Source of the DNA: Octopus vulgaris | Lineage: Eukaryota | Reading direction: 5' to 3' | NCBI GenBank assembly: GCA_951406725.2 | Contig: OX597822.1 | Location: 43,462,001 to 43,526,000 of the forward strand | DNA length: 64,000 bases | Part shown: piece by piece, positions 58,905 to 64,000 of the stretch | Layout of the letters: each line of letters begins with the position of its first letter | How positions within the stretch are numbered: the stretch's first letter is position 1 | Made by a program: the position numbers and the translations under genes | The notes under the pieces: model-generated | The model's database searches: none | Told to the model about the DNA's origin: nothing | The model's input: only the letters and a program-made list of their open reading frames with translations

Positions 58905-60050
58905 ATCTTTCCACTAGTCTTTTTCCATTGCGTTGTTTCTTTGCATTTCCGAGTACAGCTTTCTGTCCCTACGCTGTGGTTTCGTTTTGATCTTATCTTC
59001 ATTATATTGAATGAGCACTACGTAAGATTTGTGCGGTGCCTAAAAGTACTCAATTCTGTATTTCATATGTACTCGTAAGCTCTGGTTATGTCCTTGTGTG
59101 TATGCGTTTTGGCCATAACTAAACCACCTGCTACTATAGAGATTATTTCTGTCTTCAAGCTACACATTCGAGTTATCTTTAATTCTAGATCCCTGTATTT
59201 CGGAAGTTTCTCCATTTCTTTTAGAAGTAAATTGTCATCTTACGGTACTGTAATGTCGATTACAAGGCATCGTTCCTTGGTGGACTCTGACAACATACGT
59301 TCGATTAGCCTTGCTCTCCCTATCTGTATGTATCAGCATAGCCCAGAGTATGTATGCTTTGTCTTTTTTTGAGACCTTTTTTCTGTGGTATGCCCTATTT
59401 CTCTCCGTTGGCATTCCATAGTGTTGGCACGAGTCCCATTGTATATAAATCCCATCTCTGTCGTGTCAGAGATGTATTGGCCAGACAAGAAAAAAATGAT
59501 TTATTATTTCTTCTCCATCACCACATATTACTCAATGACATATGTATTATTTATTATTTTTTTTTCGTCTTTTCTGACGAGGAGGCTTTGATCTTGTATC
59601 GCAATTAAGGATTCTTTAGGCTTTGACTTCAGCTCCGCGCTTCTTCAAACGTGTTGGCATGATTTCCTTCTCTCTTTTTCTTCTCTTTATCTATTCCTGA
59701 TTTTTGCTATGAAAGGACTTCTCTCGACATTGATCTGTCAAAACACATTGTAGCTAAAGATTTAGCATAGATCTTAGCGGCTTCACAGTGTTTTCGTTGT
59801 TTCTTCTTTTCCCCGAAACCATCAGTTATTGTCGACCCCTGCTCTGTAATTTACGACTTCCTTGAAGACAGAAAACAGTTGTTTGTTTTGTTCAGTAGCT
59901 ATTTATATTAGCTTTCCATGATTCTGCATTAGATATTTTTGCAGTTCTATGGTGGATGTTGTATAATATTTTTATTGTTTTACAAATCATCTACTGCTTT
60001 CAGTTCATGGTATGTATAATCTTTCTTTGTCAGATGTTGGATGATGTATT
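58905..60050 (-). mobile_element. Degenerate R4/Dong-like LINE 3' half
   Basis: Reverse strand resembles 4080-5340 (..LLGTAQILR, EKLPKYRDLE, RHDTDG). Its 3' end abuts the (ATT)n tract. Confidence 0.7.
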
Positions 60051-60134
60051 CTAAATGCAGTCATTATTTCCGTTCCCTTTCTGCTTAGTCTTGCTAGTCC
60101 ATTCATCATCATCATCATAAGTATCGTAATGTTG

Positions 60135-60207
<73 letters not shown>

Positions 60208-60214
60208 CAACAAC

Positions 60215-60255
<41 letters not shown>

Positions 60256-60261
60256 TAATAA

Positions 60262-60317
<56 letters not shown>

Positions 60318-60326
60318 GTTGTTGTT

Positions 60327-60740
60327 GAGTGAGAGAGTAGTGCATGCCCTCAAAGTGACACCGGGATAAAATATTCGATGCCTAGTATCCCCATCATAAG
60401 AATACACCAGGAATATACGTCATAACTATATGTGCGCGGCATGGTAATTTTATATCAACCTGAGCAGCGCATGATCTTGTAGGTAGGGCCCAGTTAAAAT
60501 CTTCTTCGGGTCGAGTAGTCCATCCCGCCCAAAAGATCGTTGAATAAGGTTTGTCTAAGGATGTTGAACAAAACAGCAATGTTCCCTGAGTTGAATTATT
60601 CAGACTCCAAACGATTCCTCTCAGCACATGGCTATGATGCTCCCCAACCAATTATGCCCGTGATCAGAGATGCACATATCGTCAGCCACTAAGGGGCGTA
60701 CTTAACTTGTTACGGTCAAACAACTGACAAGCAAATCTAG
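60327..60740 (-). mobile_element. Non-autonomous Dong-derived element, diverged
   Basis: gagtgagagagtagtgcatgcc..agagatgcacatatcgtcagccactaaggg..caactgacaagcaaatct is the reverse complement of the family sequence. Confidence 0.8.
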
Positions 60741-61502
60741 TTCCGATGTTTTACAACCCTCTGGGGTCTGCAATGTGTTTCATCCTTTTATGATCAATGA
60801 AATAAAGTAACAACAACGTCCTGGCCCAATGGTATCGACTAACCCCTCCCCTCAAAACCGCTTGGCTTGTACATAGATTAGGAACCGATAAAAAGGAAGC
60901 GAACGGGAAGAATCGTTTGAGCTTCTGAAAAAATCCCTTGCTATTTTTTTTCCGTCTTTTAACGTCCGAAGTTGAAATGTTGTTCTCGTCATTGGCCTTT
61001 TATCCCTCTAAAGTCGATAAAATAAAGTACCAGGCTAATACTGGGGGTATGGGTAATGACTAACCCATCACCACAATATTGTTAGTTTTGTGCCTAAATC
61101 AAAACCAGTTTTTATGTGTATTAGCAGAGCTACAAACAAAATATCTCGCGTTATTTACTTATTGTGTTAATTAGCACAGCCCGTACAGCTCATATTCTAC
61201 AAAATATTCTGGCATATTCTATAGAATCATCACCCATTAGTATGGCGCTACTCCCAAACACATATTCAACGCTATCAATTCTCTCTGCTGTAGCACAACT
61301 CAGGAAGCACATTTTCAATAAAATCTCGGCCGAATTATATAACTTGCAGATCATATATATCTGTCGTAAAATCCAAACTCAACACGATCCACAGAACAAA
61401 CATTCTATCTGTCTGACACCTAACCCTAAAATATAATCAACGGATGTTAAAAAAACTCAGGCATTTCTCAATGTAGAAATAATACATTTCTAAATCTCCT
61501 AG

Positions 61503-62084
61503 AGAGATTTATGCAGCAGCAGCACGGTAAAGTGATAGTATGTTGTCAACTTAATGTGACAGTCCCATGAAAGGGAAGAATGCTACTGTTATTTAACCCT
61601 AGGAAACACCGTTTCCTGTTGGACTTGACACATTTCCTGTGTCCTTATGTTTTCAAAGGAGAGATAAAAACCTCCACCCAGCAAAACCAGCAACCAGAGA
61701 CTAATTTCAGAGTCATTGCTCAAAATCAGTGTGGAGTAGATTCGCCTGCTAGATGTCGATATCTATCCACCTGTGAAAACATATATATTTCAAGTGAAAT
61801 ATACATGTTTTCAAGAGCGGATTGGCATCGACAAGTAGTAAGACATGCTACACCACACTAATGATGAGCAATGACTTTGAAACTAGTCTCTGGGTGTTGG
61901 CTTTGCTGACTGGAGGTGTTTGTCTCCACTTTGAAAACATAAGGACACAGGAAATGCGTCAAATCCAACAGCAAACGGTGTTTCCTAGGGCTAAATAACA
62001 GCAGCATTCTTCCCATTCATAGGACTGTCACATTACGTTAACAACATTTTATACTGTATCCTGCTGCTATTGCATAAATTTCTC
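61503..62084. repeat. ~580 bp imperfect palindrome (fold-back) with a degenerate hammerhead in each arm
   Basis: Arms pair to a centre at ~61793 (tttca-ag-tgaaa). Example: ttttcaaag/ctttgaaaa and catttcctgtgtccttatg/cataaggacacaggaaatg. Confidence 0.88.
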
Positions 62085-62309
62085 AATTTATATCACAATT
62101 TCAACGAGCCAATGACATATTATTTCAGGTCAGTTTTTTATGCAATCACGCTGTAATGATTGAAATAGTTATACACTGGACAACATAGTACTGATATTCC
62201 AGCAATTTCACCTTCGATTTGAGTATTGCATTGTCTTTTGTGATAGCGCGTGCGCATGGATTTAAACTGATTTCGCCTATTTGGAACGCTTCTTGGAACA
62301 CGTTTTGCC

Positions 62310-62528
62310 TTGGGTTGGTGCATAATTATGGCGCTTTTTTTTAAACAAATTTTATTCAACAACAACAATAACAATATTTAACAAAAGCATCTTTAAGTGA
62401 CGATCTGATCATCTGCTAAGCAAATGGGAAGCAGTAATTGGAGTAGATGGTGAATATGCTCCGGAATAATCATTTAAAGATGTTTTTGTTACGTGTTGTT
62501 ATTGTTTTTGTCAAATGCACCAACCCAA
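62310..62528 (+). mobile_element. Mariner-derived MITE
   Basis: TIRs ttgggttggtgcat / atgcaccaacccaa followed by TA. Internal remnant KWEAVIGVDGEY of the transposase C-terminus. Confidence 0.75.
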
Positions 62529-62639
62529 TAATTTGTGAATATGTTTTATAATATTATGTAGTGATTGCACAGAATAAGTGCTACGCTATATTTTTCAGTA
62601 TGTTACAATACCAAGACATATAGTTCTAGTAACGAATTT

Positions 62640-63460
62640 TCCCAAAAGATGCTGACAAGGAATGACGCGTAATAAGGCATGTTATCTTGGTGTAATATCC
62701 AGGTCTTTTTTTGTGTATGGATGCCTCATACGTCTTTCTTCGTACTGTCTTTGCTAACTGACTCAGCACCTTCTAGTAAAATTCGTAATTGAACTTCTGC
62801 TTGTTTTGAACAAACTTATGTACGACACTCAATAAGTAAAAAAAAAGCAAAAAAAGAAAACACCCAAACAAAGCAGACAATTCGACCATGACCTTCGCGT
62901 TTGAGCTACTCTGACGTGATATTTTATTCGTAGCGACAATGATATATTGTATTTCGTTTTCACATTGTAGACATACTGCCACGTATCATCATCTGTTATA
63001 ACACATTCCAGAAAGTCTTCATCACTTTTCAAACATTCACCTGACCGAGTTTCGCTCCCCCTTTGTTCATAGGCCTGAAGACGAGGAACAAATATTATGA
63101 AACTATAATATCTCTCTAAACTTTTTTTTCGAATCATGTAACCCGAATTTTTACAGACCTCTACTTCAGAAATTATATGGAGAGTTAGGCTTCGATTTTC
63201 AGGGATCATAGCTCGTAATTTCGCATCGTCCATATAGTCCGTTCTTGTGTCAGTTTGTCCGGGTTTAAGGAACGTCTTCTCGATTTCAGACATCCGGTAC
63301 TACATCTATTTCAGACATCCGGTACTACATCTATTTCAGACATCCGGTATCACATCTAACATAGTCTACGGTTCCAGCATTCTTCCTCAGAAGCCTGCTG
63401 TGCTTTTTAAAATGTTTCCATATATGTTATTGAATTTTCCAATTTCATAGAAACGCGTTG
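62640..63460 (-). pseudogene. Degenerate mariner transposase
   Basis: ORF 62829-63293 contains FVPRL..EQ..R..DFLECVITDDDTWQYVYNVKTK, matching mariner WVP..L and FL..IITGDETW..YD.ETK. A 25-bp unit is triplicated at 63284-63358. Confidence 0.7.
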
Positions 63461-64000
63461 TTCTAGAAAAATTCTTCATTGTTTCATTTAAACAGGGCCA
63501 TATCAGATCCAAATATCCGATCCGTTTTCTGTTCGGATTGGCCTTTTGTTCAGAACTGGCCTCTCACACCCACCCTACAATACCATTTTAAAAATAAGCA
63601 ATCACATTATTGAAGTCTCAAAGCTACAAGATGATGCTTGATTTATTCAAAAAACGATATGAATAAAATGCATTAAATTTGACAGTGTAATCTGAATATT
63701 AAATGGTTGACTTGCGACAAATCGCCATGTGCATTAATCATCCGCTCACTGAAGCATGTATAGATTGATGACGGGTTGAAATGGCGGAATGTGGCTATTA
63801 TTAGACTGAAGGACAAGATCACCCATCTAGAGAAAGGAGAAGAGAAGTAAGACAGAGGGAAAGAAAGAAAGAGAGGTTGGAACAGATGGAGAGAAGGCAG
63901 AGAGAAGGACAAAAGAAGAGGGAGAAGGTAGAAGGCCACGGTGTCTGATTCCTTGACAGGCAGATAGGAGATAAGAGATGGAATATTTTAGAATTTACGT

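Noticed and set aside
63475-63710. piggyBac-like MITE
   Set aside because: The right end (aatattaaatggttga) is suggestive, but the left TIR and TTAA sites are too decayed to confirm from this window.

Overview
AT-rich, microsatellite-dense eukaryotic non-genic DNA (intergenic or intronic). The SINE families and repeat landscape resemble an octopus (coleoid cephalopod) genome; this is inference, not a database result. I found no intact host gene, rRNA, tRNA or CRISPR array. Most ORFs in the supplied track are microsatellite translations. The window contains: (i) a co-oriented cluster of R4/Dong-type RLE non-LTR retrotransposons and a derived ~555 bp non-autonomous element, all embedded in (AAT)n tracts (1.2-12.2 kb; more copies at 25, 40, 50 and 59-60 kb); (ii) three tRNA-derived SINE families; (iii) CR1, RTE and L1/Tx1 LINE fragments; (iv) mariner/Tc1 remnants, MITEs and two non-autonomous Helitrons; (v) Penelope-like RT fragments. 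The main signal not shown by the ORF track is about 16 type I hammerhead ribozyme (HHR) motifs between 18.9 and 61.9 kb, ranging from intact to degenerate or variant-core. Many lie in long fold-back repeats. Two sit in a near-perfect 491-bp tandem duplication that could release a 491-nt monomer or circular RNA (retrozyme-like or Penelope pseudo-LTR). All folds and coordinates were read by eye.
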